The notes under the pieces: model-generated
Seen by the model: the letters and a program-made list of their open reading frames with translations, nothing else
The model's database searches: none
Told to the model about the DNA's origin: nothing
Source: Leptonemataceae bacterium
GTDB lineage: Bacteria; Spirochaetota; Leptospiria; Leptospirales; Leptonemataceae
Length of the DNA: 64,000 nt
Assembly (NCBI GenBank): GCA_965227295.1
Contig: OZ245742.1
Coordinates: 1,664,001 to 1,728,000, forward strand
Direction of reading: 5' to 3'
Position numbers and translations under genes: made by a program
Part shown: positions 9,375-19,880 of the stretch, one piece after another
Numbering within the stretch: position 1 is the stretch's first letter
Layout of the letters: each line of letters begins with the position of its first letter

Positions 9375-11150
9375 ATGGATCGATCTCCCGTCTCTGCAAG
9401 CATTTTTCGCGCGGCGCCGTTGGTCTTCGTCGCCGTCGCCGCCGGCGTACTGCTCTGGCTCCAGGCCGGCGATAGTGTTACGGCGCAGTCTCGAAACGAT
9501 AACGCAAACGAAGCGAGCACGGAGCCGGCTGCCGGGCCGTTGGAGATTACCGATGCGAAGATCTCTTCGTTGGGAGAAACCGCGGCCGTTCTTTCGATCA
9601 AAGCGAACGGGGCCGCGCCGACGTACGCGCAAGAAGGGGAACCGGAGAATCCCGGCGGCGAATCCGAAAGTGCGCTGGAAGCTTCTTTAGAAAAAGAACT
9701 GATCGTGCTCGTCGACGGTAAGCCTGCCGAAATAGTAACCGACAGCGTGAACGCCGGGCCGGGCGGTTCCATCGTGCTGGACGTGAAGTTCCCGTTAACG
9801 GCGAATCGAGGGGATGAGGCCTCTACCGTGCAATTGCAGCATCGCGAACGCAGCAGTGCCGGCTTTCCGTTCAGCGTGCCGCCGCCGTCGCGCGCCCTGG
9901 GCGGTCCCGGCGAACAGCCGCTGATCCTTGCCGTGCAGCCCGCGGGCGGCGTCATCGGCGACACGATCACCCTCATTGTGCGGAACGCCGGGGCGAACCT
10001 CGACGACGTGCGCGTGCGTATTGATAGTCTGCGTGCCGACGCGCGGGACGCGCACGATTTCAAGTTGATTACGTTCGTGGAACCGTTTTATCTGTCGGCC
10101 GGATTGAACCAGGCCGGCGACCAGGAGTTGCGATTTACAATTCCACCGGGCGACGATCTTACGAACGGCGCGTTGCTATCGAATCGCGTGAGTTTGCAGA
10201 TGAATCGCGAGGGCCGCAAGTCTAATCGCATGCCGCTGGCCGTGGCGCAGAACGACTGGCGCCTCAAGGCCGTGGGCGTCAGCATCGTGATCATGGTTGT
10301 GATGCTGTTGATGATTTCGTTGTCGGTGCCGAATCTGAAGTACCTCCAGACGCTCATCGTGGACGGTTCGACGAAGACCTACTCGCTCTCCCGCTGCCAG
10401 GCCCTGGTCTGGACGATCATTTTGGGCGGTTCGTATATTTATCTGTCCATCGGCACCGGCCTCATCCTCGGCAACGGCATTATCCCGGAGTTCAACACGT
10501 CATTGTTGGTATTGATGGGCATCAGCTACGGCGGGCTCATCGGATCGCGCGGCGTGAGCGCTAAGTTTCCGAAAAAAGAAGCTAACAATAAGGCGGTGTC
10601 CTTTTCGAATCTCTACAGCGAGGGCGGCAAGATTTCTCTGCCCCGCCTGCAACTCGTGGTGTTTACGGTCATCGCCGTCGTAGTGTATCTGTACATTCTT
10701 TCGACGGCGGATATTATTCGTACCGGCCTGCCCGACGTGCCGGCCACGTTGCTCGGTTTGCTGGGCATTTCCCAGGGCGGTTACCTGGGGGACAAGGTCA
10801 TCGGCGACAGGCTCTCGGTGAATCACCTGTATCCGACGGCGGTGCCGCTAAATCGCGCCGGACAGAAGTTAACCCTGGTCGGCGGCGGTTTCTCCCGGGA
10901 TACGAAGATCCTTTTCGAGGTCGAGGACGGCGAAACGGACGGCGCTTCCACGGAACCCCGGGCGGCGGAGTTCCTGAATCCGAGCTCGGTGGCCGTGGAA
11001 CTGCCGGCCTTTGCGAGCGCCGGGCCGAAGACGATCGTGGTAATCCCGCCGTCGGGGCCGAGTGTTACGTTAAGGGGATTGTTGGAAGTGCGCGGCGCGG
11101 CGAACGCGGACGCGGCTCCATCGGAACCACAGGCTCCGGCCTCCGGTTAG
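9375..11150 (+). CDS. Membrane protein with IPT/TIG-like Ig domains and a duplicated SLxRxQ...T membrane module
   Basis: Signal-like N-terminus from ATG 9375; P-x-I-x-x-V-x-P-x-x-G-x-x-GD-x-IT IPT pattern; repeats YSLSRCQALVWT / ISLPRLQLVVFT and IPEFNTSLLVLMGISYGG / LPDVPATLLGLLGISQGG. Confidence 0.75.
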   Translation: MDRSPVSASIFRAAPLVFVAVAAGVLLWLQAGDSVTAQSRNDNANEASTEPAAGPLEITDAKISSLGETAAVLSIKANGAAPTYAQEGEPENPGGESESALEASLEKELIVLVDGKPAEIVTDSVNAGPGGSIVLDVKFPLTANRGDEASTVQLQHRERSSAGFPFSVPPPSRALGGPGEQPLILAVQPAGGVIGDTITLIVRNAGANLDDVRVRIDSLRADARDAHDFKLITFVEPFYLSAGLNQAGDQELRFTIPPGDDLTNGALLSNRVSLQMNREGRKSNRMPLAVAQNDWRLKAVGVSIVIMVVMLLMISLSVPNLKYLQTLIVDGSTKTYSLSRCQALVWTIILGGSYIYLSIGTGLILGNGIIPEFNTSLLVLMGISYGGLIGSRGVSAKFPKKEANNKAVSFSNLYSEGGKISLPRLQLVVFTVIAVVVYLYILSTADIIRTGLPDVPATLLGLLGISQGGYLGDKVIGDRLSVNHLYPTAVPLNRAGQKLTLVGGGFSRDTKILFEVEDGETDGASTEPRAAEFLNPSSVAVELPAFASAGPKTIVVIPPSGPSVTLRGLLEVRGAANADAAPSEPQAPASG

Positions 11151-11216
11151 TATTCTTTTGTAAGTATTTAGTAGTTTGTATCTATTGACGGCGTCGATTT
11201 TTTCGTCCCATGCGGC

Positions 11217-12746
11217 ATGCGTAGTTTTCTTCGGCGTACTGCCGTACTCGTTGCTCTTCTCTGCCTTGTTCAATGCCAGGCGCTCGCTTCATGTTTGGGG
11301 ACGTTCTTTCAGGGCGTGGCCACCTGCACGGCCTGGGGGCGGCCGGAGTGCAATCGTTGCATTCCGGATATGGAACAGGCGTTTGATGATCTGAGCGGCT
11401 TCGGCGATCATATGGGTTTTCGGAGTACCGGGGCCTTGACAGATGACACGACCCTGGCCAAGAATCTACACTTCCAGGGAGTGCAACGGATCGCGTTGCC
11501 GGGTTCGGTACACCTTGTCATTTCAAGCGACCCGGAACCTTTCGGAAGACTGTCCTTTGCTGCATTGAATTCACGAAGTGGCGATGGGTATCGCTTTCGC
11601 AGCAATCGTTTATCTTCTGAAGGTCCTGATTGGGAAAATAGCCCGCCGCCCAATGATCGCGTGATTGCAAGCTTTGCCACCGAGAACACCGGTCACCCGG
11701 GCGGGATGCAAAGTGTCGGAAACCATCTCTTTGTAGGAGAAGACCGGCCGTCCAGCGGTGGGCCAAAGCTCAGGGTGTATCGCCTGGAAAACATTCAGCC
11801 CCAGGTGCAGCCGGTATTGACCAGGGTATCGAGCACGGAGTTGAGTATGGCGAAGACAAGTTTTGCGGGCGCCACTCGATTAACCGACGGTCGTTACCTG
11901 ATTATGGCGGGACGCTCGGACGAAACGAACATCAATGACCTCCGACTGTTGTTTTTTCTTTCACAAGGCGTGAATGATGTGCGGCCCGACGAAAGTTCGG
12001 CCTTTCTCTGGCGCGCACAACCGCAGCATGGGGATAACACGGTTCCGTTGGAAGTTCCGCAAGGCGAGCCTTTTCTGAAAGTTCAGTATTCGAACATGGA
12101 TCTCGTGTCAGATTGCGCCGGCCGGCAGTTCTTGTTGGGAATGGGGGAACGCAAGACTGGCCGGCATAGATTGCATCTCTTTCGCGTGGAGGATACCGTC
12201 TCCGAGAGCATCGATGACGTGAAGATCACGTTCATAAAGGAAAAGCGGATGTTCTGCCACACCGAACAAAAGTTCGGCTGCCGTTTCTCCGCCGCGGCCG
12301 GCAGCTATGTCGATCCCGACGGCAAACTGTTGATCTATGCATCCGAGGATTTCGAAGACGGCCCCGGCAGGTCGGTGCGCATGAAGGAGTTTCGCACAAA
12401 GTTCCCGGTGAAAGCCGGCTGCACTGAGGAGAACGGCTGGATCGCGTACTTCAAAGAAGAGAACTTCGAAGGTGCGCAGATGATCGTCGATCTACAGGAC
12501 GGAACCGCGCGCAATTACGCGGACCTCGATGAGGCTTACAAGTTTGATAATCGCACGTCGTCGATCGCGCACTGTATGCCGCCGGCTTTTTCCGTAGAGC
12601 ACTTTGACGGAAAGAGTTTCGAAAACAAGCTGTTTCAGGTCAACGGGACGGGGAGCCTGGAGCTGATGCCCCAACTCGGGGAGCATCATGATCGAATTAC
12701 TTCTTTGCGGGCCTTAAAGGTCGTTTTCGTCGGCCCCGATGGCTGA
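11217..12746 (+). CDS. Secreted protein or lipoprotein with C-terminal beta/gamma-crystallin-like domain
   Basis: Signal peptide with Cys; C-terminal Greek-key motifs YFKEENFEG...FDNRTSSI and HFDGKSFEN...HDRITSLR. Confidence 0.7.
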   Translation: MRSFLRRTAVLVALLCLVQCQALASCLGTFFQGVATCTAWGRPECNRCIPDMEQAFDDLSGFGDHMGFRSTGALTDDTTLAKNLHFQGVQRIALPGSVHLVISSDPEPFGRLSFAALNSRSGDGYRFRSNRLSSEGPDWENSPPPNDRVIASFATENTGHPGGMQSVGNHLFVGEDRPSSGGPKLRVYRLENIQPQVQPVLTRVSSTELSMAKTSFAGATRLTDGRYLIMAGRSDETNINDLRLLFFLSQGVNDVRPDESSAFLWRAQPQHGDNTVPLEVPQGEPFLKVQYSNMDLVSDCAGRQFLLGMGERKTGRHRLHLFRVEDTVSESIDDVKITFIKEKRMFCHTEQKFGCRFSAAAGSYVDPDGKLLIYASEDFEDGPGRSVRMKEFRTKFPVKAGCTEENGWIAYFKEENFEGAQMIVDLQDGTARNYADLDEAYKFDNRTSSIAHCMPPAFSVEHFDGKSFENKLFQVNGTGSLELMPQLGEHHDRITSLRALKVVFVGPDG

Positions 12747-12800
12747 ACCCTGCCGACCGCCGCGTTGCACGGCAGCCAGCAAGGCTTATTTGAGTGATTG

Positions 12801-13205
12801 TTAATACGTAACAACGCGCGGCAGTTTCTTCGCGGAAGCGATCCAGCCGGCGACGCGTTTTGCCCCGGGCATCTGGCGCACGAGTTTCTTTTTCGCGTTC
12901 GTCTTTTCCAGGGCCTCGTAGAGGTTGTCCGCCTTCCGCTGGGCCAGTTCCGGAACGGTGTCCACACCCGCTTCTTCCAGGAGGTCGGCGTACTCTTCGC
13001 CGATGCCGCTGACGCGGAAAAGATCCACATGGTTCACCCATTCGAGGATGAGCTTCGGGCTGATGCCGGATTCTTTTGCAATGTCCTTGCGGCCTTGCGG
13101 GGTCGAGCCCTTCTGCAAGAGTGCGCCGGTGGTCTTGACGCCGATTTTCGCGAGTTTGCCCGCGTAGGTTTTACCGATACCTTCTACTTTTTCGAGATTC
13201 GCCAT
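12801..13205 (-). CDS. DUF4332 domain protein (helix-hairpin-helix type)
   Basis: VEGIG, WVNHVDLFRVSGIGEEYADLLEEAGVDTVPELAQR. Confidence 0.9.
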   Translation of the reverse strand: MANLEKVEGIGKTYAGKLAKIGVKTTGALLQKGSTPQGRKDIAKESGISPKLILEWVNHVDLFRVSGIGEEYADLLEEAGVDTVPELAQRKADNLYEALEKTNAKKKLVRQMPGAKRVAGWIASAKKLPRVVTY

Positions 13206-13250
13206 CTTGTTAACCTGCTTTCTCCTTAACTTTAGATCGTTGACGGTTTT

Positions 13251-13847
13251 CTATTTCAGGAAGCTGCCGAGGAGCTTGCCGCCGATGTTCACCAGGTCGT
13301 CGGTCATGTCTCCGTCGTCGTCCATGTCGAGGAGTTTGCCCAGCACGCCGACGGCGTCCGGTTCCTGCTCTTCGACTTTTTGTTTTTCCTGGCCCAGCAG
13401 TTGCGCGAGACCGGCCGCATCGAGGCTCTCTTCGCGTTTGACCTTGCCCACCGCGCCGAGTACCACCGGCGCGAGCATGGTGAGCACCTGGGAGACCTGT
13501 CCCGAGTCCAGGCCGCTCACCTTGCTGAGACCGGATTCCACGACGTTCTTTTGCCCGCCGAGAACGTGCTTCAGAATGGCCGCGCCGTCACTCGTGTTGC
13601 CGCCCTGGCCGAGGAAGCCGGCGACATCTTCCAGCACGGAGCCGTCGTGATCTTTCTCAAGAGCGCCGGCGAGGGCGCTGGCGCCGCCTTTGTCCTGAGC
13701 ATTCTTCGCGAGGGCCTGAATCAATAACGGCAGCGCACCGGAGATGGCTGCCTGGGTCTTGGTTTGATCGAGGCCGAGCTGATCGCCGAGCGCCGATACC
13801 GCGTTCTGGCCGAGCTGACCTGCCAGAAGATCGATAACACTATTCAC
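13251..13847 (-). CDS. DUF937 domain protein
   Basis: GTG start after AGGAG; ALEKDHDGSVL, GAAILKHVLG and C-terminal LDMDDDGDMTDD. Confidence 0.88.
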   Translation of the reverse strand: MNSVIDLLAGQLGQNAVSALGDQLGLDQTKTQAAISGALPLLIQALAKNAQDKGGASALAGALEKDHDGSVLEDVAGFLGQGGNTSDGAAILKHVLGGQKNVVESGLSKVSGLDSGQVSQVLTMLAPVVLGAVGKVKREESLDAAGLAQLLGQEKQKVEEQEPDAVGVLGKLLDMDDDGDMTDDLVNIGGKLLGSFLK

Positions 13848-14095
13848 AATATTTCTCCTCCGTTCGCAGGCATTCGGAGTTTGCAGAACCTCAAACATCA
13901 AGATTTTTTTCATAATTTGCGGTTTGCGCGTGCGAAAAATGCCCTGGAAACCCTTGCTAATGGTTTTCTAACAGAAAACACGTGGACAAAGATGAGAACA
14001 TGAATGAACTTTATAAATCAACGCGCGATTCGCGATGCAAATGACATGCGGATAGGAACGAATCTCTGAACGGACGAACGGAAAACGAGACGCGT

Positions 14096-16174
14096 GTGCA
14101 CGCTGCGCGTCTGGCGGCACTCGTGGAGAATCTCAACGACGGCGTCCTGGTAGAGAGCGATGATCGTCGCATTCTGCTCGTAAATGAGAGATTCCTGGAG
14201 CTCTTCGGAATATCCACTCCGCCGGAGCATCTCATCGGCGCGGATTGTACGCGCAGTGCCGAAGAAAACAAACATCACTTCGCCGATCCCCAGGGTTTTG
14301 TCGAACGTATCAACGAAATCCTCGCCGCGCGGGAAGTCGTGCGTAACGAAGAGCTTGCGTTGACGGATGATCGCTACTATCAGCGCGACTACATCCCCAC
14401 GTATCTCGACGGCACGTATCGCGGCCACATGTGGGTGTACCGCGACGTAACGGATCATCGTCGGCGCGAATTGGAGATGCACGAGCAGTTTGTACGATTG
14501 CAACTCGTGCGCAACCTGGCAACGCACATCGGCGCGGGGACAAGCCTGTACGAAATCATTGAGACCGCGGTTCAGGAAATCGCGCACTACTTCCCGAACT
14601 ATCGCGTCTGCTACGGCACCATCGACGAAGCCGGGATGTTGCGCATCATCTACGCCGTGCAGCCGGAGGAGATGCCGGACTTCACCGGCCTCAGCTCGGA
14701 TTTGAGTCGGGCCCCGGATTACCTGTCGATGTTGCGGAAGGGAGACGTCGTTTCCGTGGCGGACGCCGCGCGGGATCCGCTGGTTCAAGCATTCGCGGAG
14801 CCCTTCAGCCCGGGGGCCGTGGGCGCGACCCTGGATGTTCCCGTCCGTCATCCGGAGGATCTCGCGGGCATTCTCTGTTTGGACGCGCATCATCCGCACG
14901 AATGGACGTCGCACGAGGAACTGACGCTGCGGGAGATCAGCCGCTTCCTGAGCCTGGCGTTGCGCGACAGTTACATCCACGACGAATTGCAGCGGGCGCG
15001 CGTGCGTGCGGACGATGCCAGTCGAGCGAAGAGCGAGTTCCTGGCGAACATGAGTCACGAGATTCGCACGCCGCTCAACGCCCTGTTGGGCATGTCCGAG
15101 GCGCTGAGCGAAACCGAACTCAAGCCGGAACAAAGCGAGTACCTCGAAGTCAGCCGCCGCGCCGGCGAGGCGTTGCTTACGCTCATCAATGACATCCTGG
15201 ATTTTTCGAAGATCGAAGCCGGTCACCTGGAACTGGACGCCGCTCCGTTTCGAGTGGACGACGCCGTGCGTTCGACCCTGGCGATGTTTCAGCCGCGCGC
15301 CCGGGGCAAGGACCTTGAACTCCTCTACGAACGCGGTTCCGGTGTGCCGGCCCTGGTTTCCGGCGACGTGTTGCGTCTGCGGCAGATCCTGATCAACCTG
15401 ATCGGCAACGCGGTGAAGTTTACAGAAGTCGGTCACGTCCGCACGTCGGTGGCATTGCTCGCCGGGGCCGCGGAGAGCGGTGATGAACTGGTGCTGGAGT
15501 TTACTATAGAAGACACCGGCCCCGGTATTCCACCGGAGCAGCGCGCGGCTATCTTTGAAGCCTTTCGTCAGGCCGATGCGTCCATCACCCGGCGTCACGG
15601 CGGCTCCGGCCTCGGCCTCGCCATCTCACGACGACTGGCCGCGCTCATGGGCGGCACGCTCTATCTCGACGAGAGCCGTTCCGCCGAACAAAGCGGTTCC
15701 GTCTTTCGTTTCACCGCGCGCTTCGCCCCCGTCACGATGGATGTCGAAGTGCCGCGGCAGGTCGTCGTGCGCGAGGACGTTACCGCGCAGCCCCGGCGCA
15801 TCCTGGTGGCCGAGGACAACGCGGACAACCGGCGTTTGTTGGAAGTCTTCTTGCGTGAAACCCCGCACTCCGTTACGTACGTGGAAAACGGTCGCGAGGC
15901 GGTAGAGGAGGCGCAGGCCTGCGAATTCGATTTAGTGCTGATGGACATTGAGATGCCGGAGATGGACGGGCTCACCGCCGTGCGGGCAATCCGCCGCCGC
16001 GAAGCGGAGACGTCTCAGTCTTCCGTGCGCATCCTGGCCCTGTCCGCCCACGCCTTCAAAGAAGACGTCGATCGATGTTTGCAGGCCGGTTGTGACGATT
16101 ATCTGGCGAAGCCCGTCCGCAAACAGAAGCTGCTGGAAACCATTGCGAAGTATTGCGGCGCGCGATCTGACTGA
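14096..16174 (+). CDS. Hybrid sensor histidine kinase (PAS-GAF-HisKA-HATPase-REC)
   Basis: [37 protein letters not shown]; receiver [14 protein letters not shown] and KP. Confidence 0.95.
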   Translation: MHAARLAALVENLNDGVLVESDDRRILLVNERFLELFGISTPPEHLIGADCTRSAEENKHHFADPQGFVERINEILAAREVVRNEELALTDDRYYQRDYIPTYLDGTYRGHMWVYRDVTDHRRRELEMHEQFVRLQLVRNLATHIGAGTSLYEIIETAVQEIAHYFPNYRVCYGTIDEAGMLRIIYAVQPEEMPDFTGLSSDLSRAPDYLSMLRKGDVVSVADAARDPLVQAFAEPFSPGAVGATLDVPVRHPEDLAGILCLDAHHPHEWTSHEELTLREISRFLSLALRDSYIHDELQRARVRADDASRAKSEFLANMSHEIRTPLNALLGMSEALSETELKPEQSEYLEVSRRAGEALLTLINDILDFSKIEAGHLELDAAPFRVDDAVRSTLAMFQPRARGKDLELLYERGSGVPALVSGDVLRLRQILINLIGNAVKFTEVGHVRTSVALLAGAAESGDELVLEFTIEDTGPGIPPEQRAAIFEAFRQADASITRRHGGSGLGLAISRRLAALMGGTLYLDESRSAEQSGSVFRFTARFAPVTMDVEVPRQVVVREDVTAQPRRILVAEDNADNRRLLEVFLRETPHSVTYVENGREAVEEAQACEFDLVLMDIEMPEMDGLTAVRAIRRREAETSQSSVRILALSAHAFKEDVDRCLQAGCDDYLAKPVRKQKLLETIAKYCGARSD

Positions 16175-16198
16175 TATGCGGTTCGGGGAGCACGATCG

Positions 16199-17671
16199 TC
16201 AGCGTTCCTGAATTTCGCGGAACTCCGCTTCGAACGTTCCCGCCGTCATCTTAAACGCGTCTTCCGTGGTAAGATTAAAGAACTCCAGCGCCGCCGGGGC
16301 GATGCTGAAGAAACTCAGGCGCCCGTCGAGATAACCGGCCATGGCGTTGGCAAGATATACGATCATCACCAGGTCGCGGTGTTCGTCCGGGCTGCGCAGG
16401 GGGCTGTGATGATGTTCAATGGGATGGCGGAGGATCTCCGGAAACTTCCACTTATGCGCAAGTAGCGCTCCGATGAGGGCGTGGCCGGCGCCGCAGGCCA
16501 GTTCTTCGAGACGAATGCGACCGCGCAGATCGCGGTCCTTCGAAAGATGGTCCAGATCCTCGCGTAACTCCATGGCCGAAAGCAGGACCACCTTGCCGAT
16601 GTCGTGGAGCAGTCCGGCGACGTAGGCGTAGTCGGCGAGTTTCGCGCGTTCACTCTTGCGGGCCAGGGCTCGCGAGAAGTAGCCCACGCGAATCGGATGT
16701 TGTGTGAGCTCGTCGCTGTCACCGTAGCGATTCAGAAGAATTTCAAAGCTGCCGATTTGCAGCAGAAACTGGGAGACATGCTTGAGCCCGACGACCTTCA
16801 CGGCCTCCCCGAGGTCCACGATGCGTCCGCCGGCGAAACCGCCGCTGTTCGCCAGACGAATCATTTGTCCGGCCATGGCCTGGTCCTGGGAAATTTCCCC
16901 GGCGATTTGTTTGATGCTGGAGTCCGGCGACTCGCAGAGCTCACGGATCTTCACGAGGTGATCCGGCAGGGTGGGAAGGTTCGTGACCTCGGCGATGATA
17001 CCCTGTTCAATCTCTTTGAGTTTTTCCTGAGGCGGGAGCTTCAGCGGCACCTCGAACGTAAACTCGGTGCGTTTTTCATCGTGGTCGTACCATAATAGAT
17101 GGCGAGAGATGCCGGCACTACGCATGGACAGGAGCGCGAGAATCAAACCGTAGCCGCGCCCGGTATCCGTGGCGAGCTGTTGTTCGCCGAGTCCCTCGAT
17201 GTTCTTGTGTTTCGCACCGAGAGCGATGCGTTCGTCGATGCGGGCCCGGTCTTCCTCGGAGAGAGCGCCGCGGTTCGCGATGGAAATCGTGAGGGCGTCG
17301 CCGCCCTGCTCGGCGCGCACAACGATGGGCGCCGGGCCCTTCTGCGGCAGTTCCCGCCGCATGCGCTTCTGTTCTTTGGGATTTCCGCGTAGACCGCGAA
17401 GGTTTTGTGCCGTCGCGGGATCCAGTCTGGCGCGTCCCGACTTCTGGAGATACGCGCCGACGAAAACGGCGTTCTCCGCGTTCTGCAGCAACTCTTTCAA
17501 TACAAAGAGCACGGCGTTTTCAATGTGATTCTGTCCCGTGTTCGCCAGGACACTGCCGACGAGCCCGCCCACCACGTGTTCTTCGGGACAGCCCAGGGAG
17601 TACATCGGAACCTCGATCTTGCGCCCGGCAGCGAGGTCTTCCACCAGTCGAATGTAATCGCGCAGTTCCAT
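16199..17671 (-). CDS. HDOD domain protein with N-terminal GHKL/HATPase-like domain
   Basis: ELLQNAENA and GRGYGL in the N-terminal half; LPTLP, IRLANS, AGLLHDIGK and W-x-FP...I-x-x-HH of HDOD. Confidence 0.88.
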   Translation of the reverse strand: MELRDYIRLVEDLAAGRKIEVPMYSLGCPEEHVVGGLVGSVLANTGQNHIENAVLFVLKELLQNAENAVFVGAYLQKSGRARLDPATAQNLRGLRGNPKEQKRMRRELPQKGPAPIVVRAEQGGDALTISIANRGALSEEDRARIDERIALGAKHKNIEGLGEQQLATDTGRGYGLILALLSMRSAGISRHLLWYDHDEKRTEFTFEVPLKLPPQEKLKEIEQGIIAEVTNLPTLPDHLVKIRELCESPDSSIKQIAGEISQDQAMAGQMIRLANSGGFAGGRIVDLGEAVKVVGLKHVSQFLLQIGSFEILLNRYGDSDELTQHPIRVGYFSRALARKSERAKLADYAYVAGLLHDIGKVVLLSAMELREDLDHLSKDRDLRGRIRLEELACGAGHALIGALLAHKWKFPEILRHPIEHHHSPLRSPDEHRDLVMIVYLANAMAGYLDGRLSFFSIAPAALEFFNLTTEDAFKMTAGTFEAEFREIQER

Positions 17672-17806
17672 AGCCGAGAACGCCGGAAGTCGGCGGTCTT
17701 TTATTATCGGCGCCGCACGGTACCGGGATTACGTCACGCTCGCGTGCGCATTTTCTCGATTGTCACATTCTATTTATGAAAATCGCTTGAAGCACCTTGT
17801 ATAATA

Positions 17807-19348
17807 GTGCATACTCCGCCCTTTATGTCCGGCCCGCCGGACTTCCGCCGCGGCGAAATTCGTACTCCCATGCAGTTCCTGATCCCCGTTACTTCGGACG
17901 CCCGGCGTCGGCGGTCGCTTTTCCTGCGACGCTTTGTTGCCGATTTCTTCTCCGCCTATCTGCCCCAGGTGCGCTTCGCCCTGCTGGTCGGGGTGGTGCT
18001 GTACGGGGCCTTTCTGCCGCTCGACTACTTCTGGCATCCGCTGAACTTCGACGACCTTGCCCTGAACCGCGGGCTCATTGTCGGGCTTGCCCTGCTGGCA
18101 TATGCCTTTACGTACACGCGGCTCTTCCGTCGTAGCTTTCGCACCACGCTGTTTCTGCTGCACATCGCCGTGGGCCTCGGCACGTTGCATCTTACGGTCC
18201 TCGAACCCCTCTACTATACTTCCATCTATTGCGTGATCATCTTCTTCGCTCTGGTGACGCGGGCCCAGTTTGCATTCGCCGTTACCGCGAACATGGCGCT
18301 CGTGGGCATGTTCTTTTCTTATAACTTCTTCTGGAACGACACACCACCGGCCTTTGCCACGCTGTTGTTCGAAACGCTGTTGATGGCGGCCGCCACCGTG
18401 GTCTCGACTCTCGCGGCATACTTAAAAGAAACCTCGGACCTGCGCCAGTACGTGCAGAAGCGCCGGCTGCGTCGCACCGGTCGTAAGTTGAACGAGGCGC
18501 GACAGACCGTTTCGGAGCACATGCGCGTCCTGGAAAAGCGCAACCAGCAACTGGAAGACGATCTCCTGCTCGCACGTAAGACGCAAGAGGCCTTCGTGCC
18601 CCGCACCGTGTTTTCCGCGCCGGGCTACGAGTGCTACGCGCGCTACGCCCCGGTGGATCAGGTAGGCGGCGACTACTTCGACTTCTTCGATCTCGGTGAG
18701 CGCGGCATCGGCATATTCATCGGCGACGTTTCCGGTCACGGCGTGCCCGCGGCCCTGATCACGGCCATGCTTAAAATGACGTGTTCGCTGCACGTCAGCA
18801 GCGCCGAAAGCCCCGGCGACTTTCTGCGATTGCTGAACCGATCGCTCTACCGTAAAACCGGCGTGCACTTTCTCACGGCCTTCATGGCCTTCCTGGATCC
18901 CGCGGCCCGGCGCATGACCTTCAGCAACGCCGGCCACTGCTGCCCGTTGCTGTATCGCGCGGAGAGCGGGGAGATCGAGGACCTGGACTCCTACGGCCTG
19001 ATCATGGGCCTGTTGCCCTTCGACGAGTACGAAGACGCCGTTGTCGATCTACACGACGGGGATCGCCTCTTGTTTTACACGGACGGTGTTACCGAAACCC
19101 GCAATCCCCGCGGGCAGATGTACGGCCCGGGGCGTCTGCGCAAGTTCCTCTCCGCGAATCATCGCCGCGCCTCCCGGGACTTTGTCGAGTCGCTCATGCA
19201 AAACGTGGAAACCCATCGCGGCGGCCTCGACATTGAAGACGACCTGGCCATGATCTGCATCGACGTAGTGCCGGTTCCCACCGAGGCCGGTGAAAAAGAG
19301 GATGCTTCCGCCAGCGTCGGCGCCGGTCCCCGCATTGACTTCGGTTAG
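17807..19348 (+). CDS. Membrane-bound PP2C/SpoIIE (RsbU-like) phosphatase
   Basis: About 6 TM, coiled coil, VGGDYFD, GDVSGHG, NAGH, YTDGVTE, EDDL. Confidence 0.92.
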   Translation: MHTPPFMSGPPDFRRGEIRTPMQFLIPVTSDARRRRSLFLRRFVADFFSAYLPQVRFALLVGVVLYGAFLPLDYFWHPLNFDDLALNRGLIVGLALLAYAFTYTRLFRRSFRTTLFLLHIAVGLGTLHLTVLEPLYYTSIYCVIIFFALVTRAQFAFAVTANMALVGMFFSYNFFWNDTPPAFATLLFETLLMAAATVVSTLAAYLKETSDLRQYVQKRRLRRTGRKLNEARQTVSEHMRVLEKRNQQLEDDLLLARKTQEAFVPRTVFSAPGYECYARYAPVDQVGGDYFDFFDLGERGIGIFIGDVSGHGVPAALITAMLKMTCSLHVSSAESPGDFLRLLNRSLYRKTGVHFLTAFMAFLDPAARRMTFSNAGHCCPLLYRAESGEIEDLDSYGLIMGLLPFDEYEDAVVDLHDGDRLLFYTDGVTETRNPRGQMYGPGRLRKFLSANHRRASRDFVESLMQNVETHRGGLDIEDDLAMICIDVVPVPTEAGEKEDASASVGAGPRIDFG

Positions 19349-19442
19349 AGATTGTAGACGCTCCCTGGAGTGCGGCTCAATATTTTACTTTTCGGTTAAC
19401 TGTTTTGCTTGCGGGTTTCGACGCGTGAGTATGATTCGGTTC

Positions 19443-19832
19443 ATGCCGAAAAAGAAAACTGCGTCCCGCAAAAAAACTGCGGCGTCCGCGGAGATTGCAC
19501 GCGAAGAGCGGGTCTTTCTCAGAATCGTGGCGAAGCTCTGCGGCGAAGACCGCAAGATCAGCGCCGGCAAGATGATGACCAGCGACGGCGCGCGTTACGG
19601 TACGAAGTTCTTTGCGTTTTTCTGGCGCAAGGGCGGCGGCAATTCGGCGGTCTTTCGCCTGGGACGGGAGTTCGATCCGGCGACGATCGGCGTGAAAGAT
19701 TTCAAGTACCTCAATCCGTTCAAGAACAAACCGCCCATGAAAGATTGGTTCGTCGTTGGCCCGGCCGAGCATAAAAAGTGGGAGCGCCTGGCCCGGATCG
19801 CCCTTCGGACGATGAAGGCCGGGCAGAAGTAA
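19443..19832 (+). CDS. Hypothetical basic protein, TfoX/MmcQ-like fold possible
   Basis: GKMM...KFFAFF and NPFKNKPPMKDW...W-x-x-LA pattern; codirectional with ald. Confidence 0.6.
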   Translation: MPKKKTASRKKTAASAEIAREERVFLRIVAKLCGEDRKISAGKMMTSDGARYGTKFFAFFWRKGGGNSAVFRLGREFDPATIGVKDFKYLNPFKNKPPMKDWFVVGPAEHKKWERLARIALRTMKAGQK

Positions 19833-19880
19833 GCGCAAAAATTCTTTTGCCCTTTGTTCCGGGGCGAGTACTCTGGTCCG

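Noticed and set aside
14018-15598. 526-aa minus-strand ORF
   Set aside because: Antisense shadow of the hybrid histidine kinase, with no motifs; expected in GC-rich DNA
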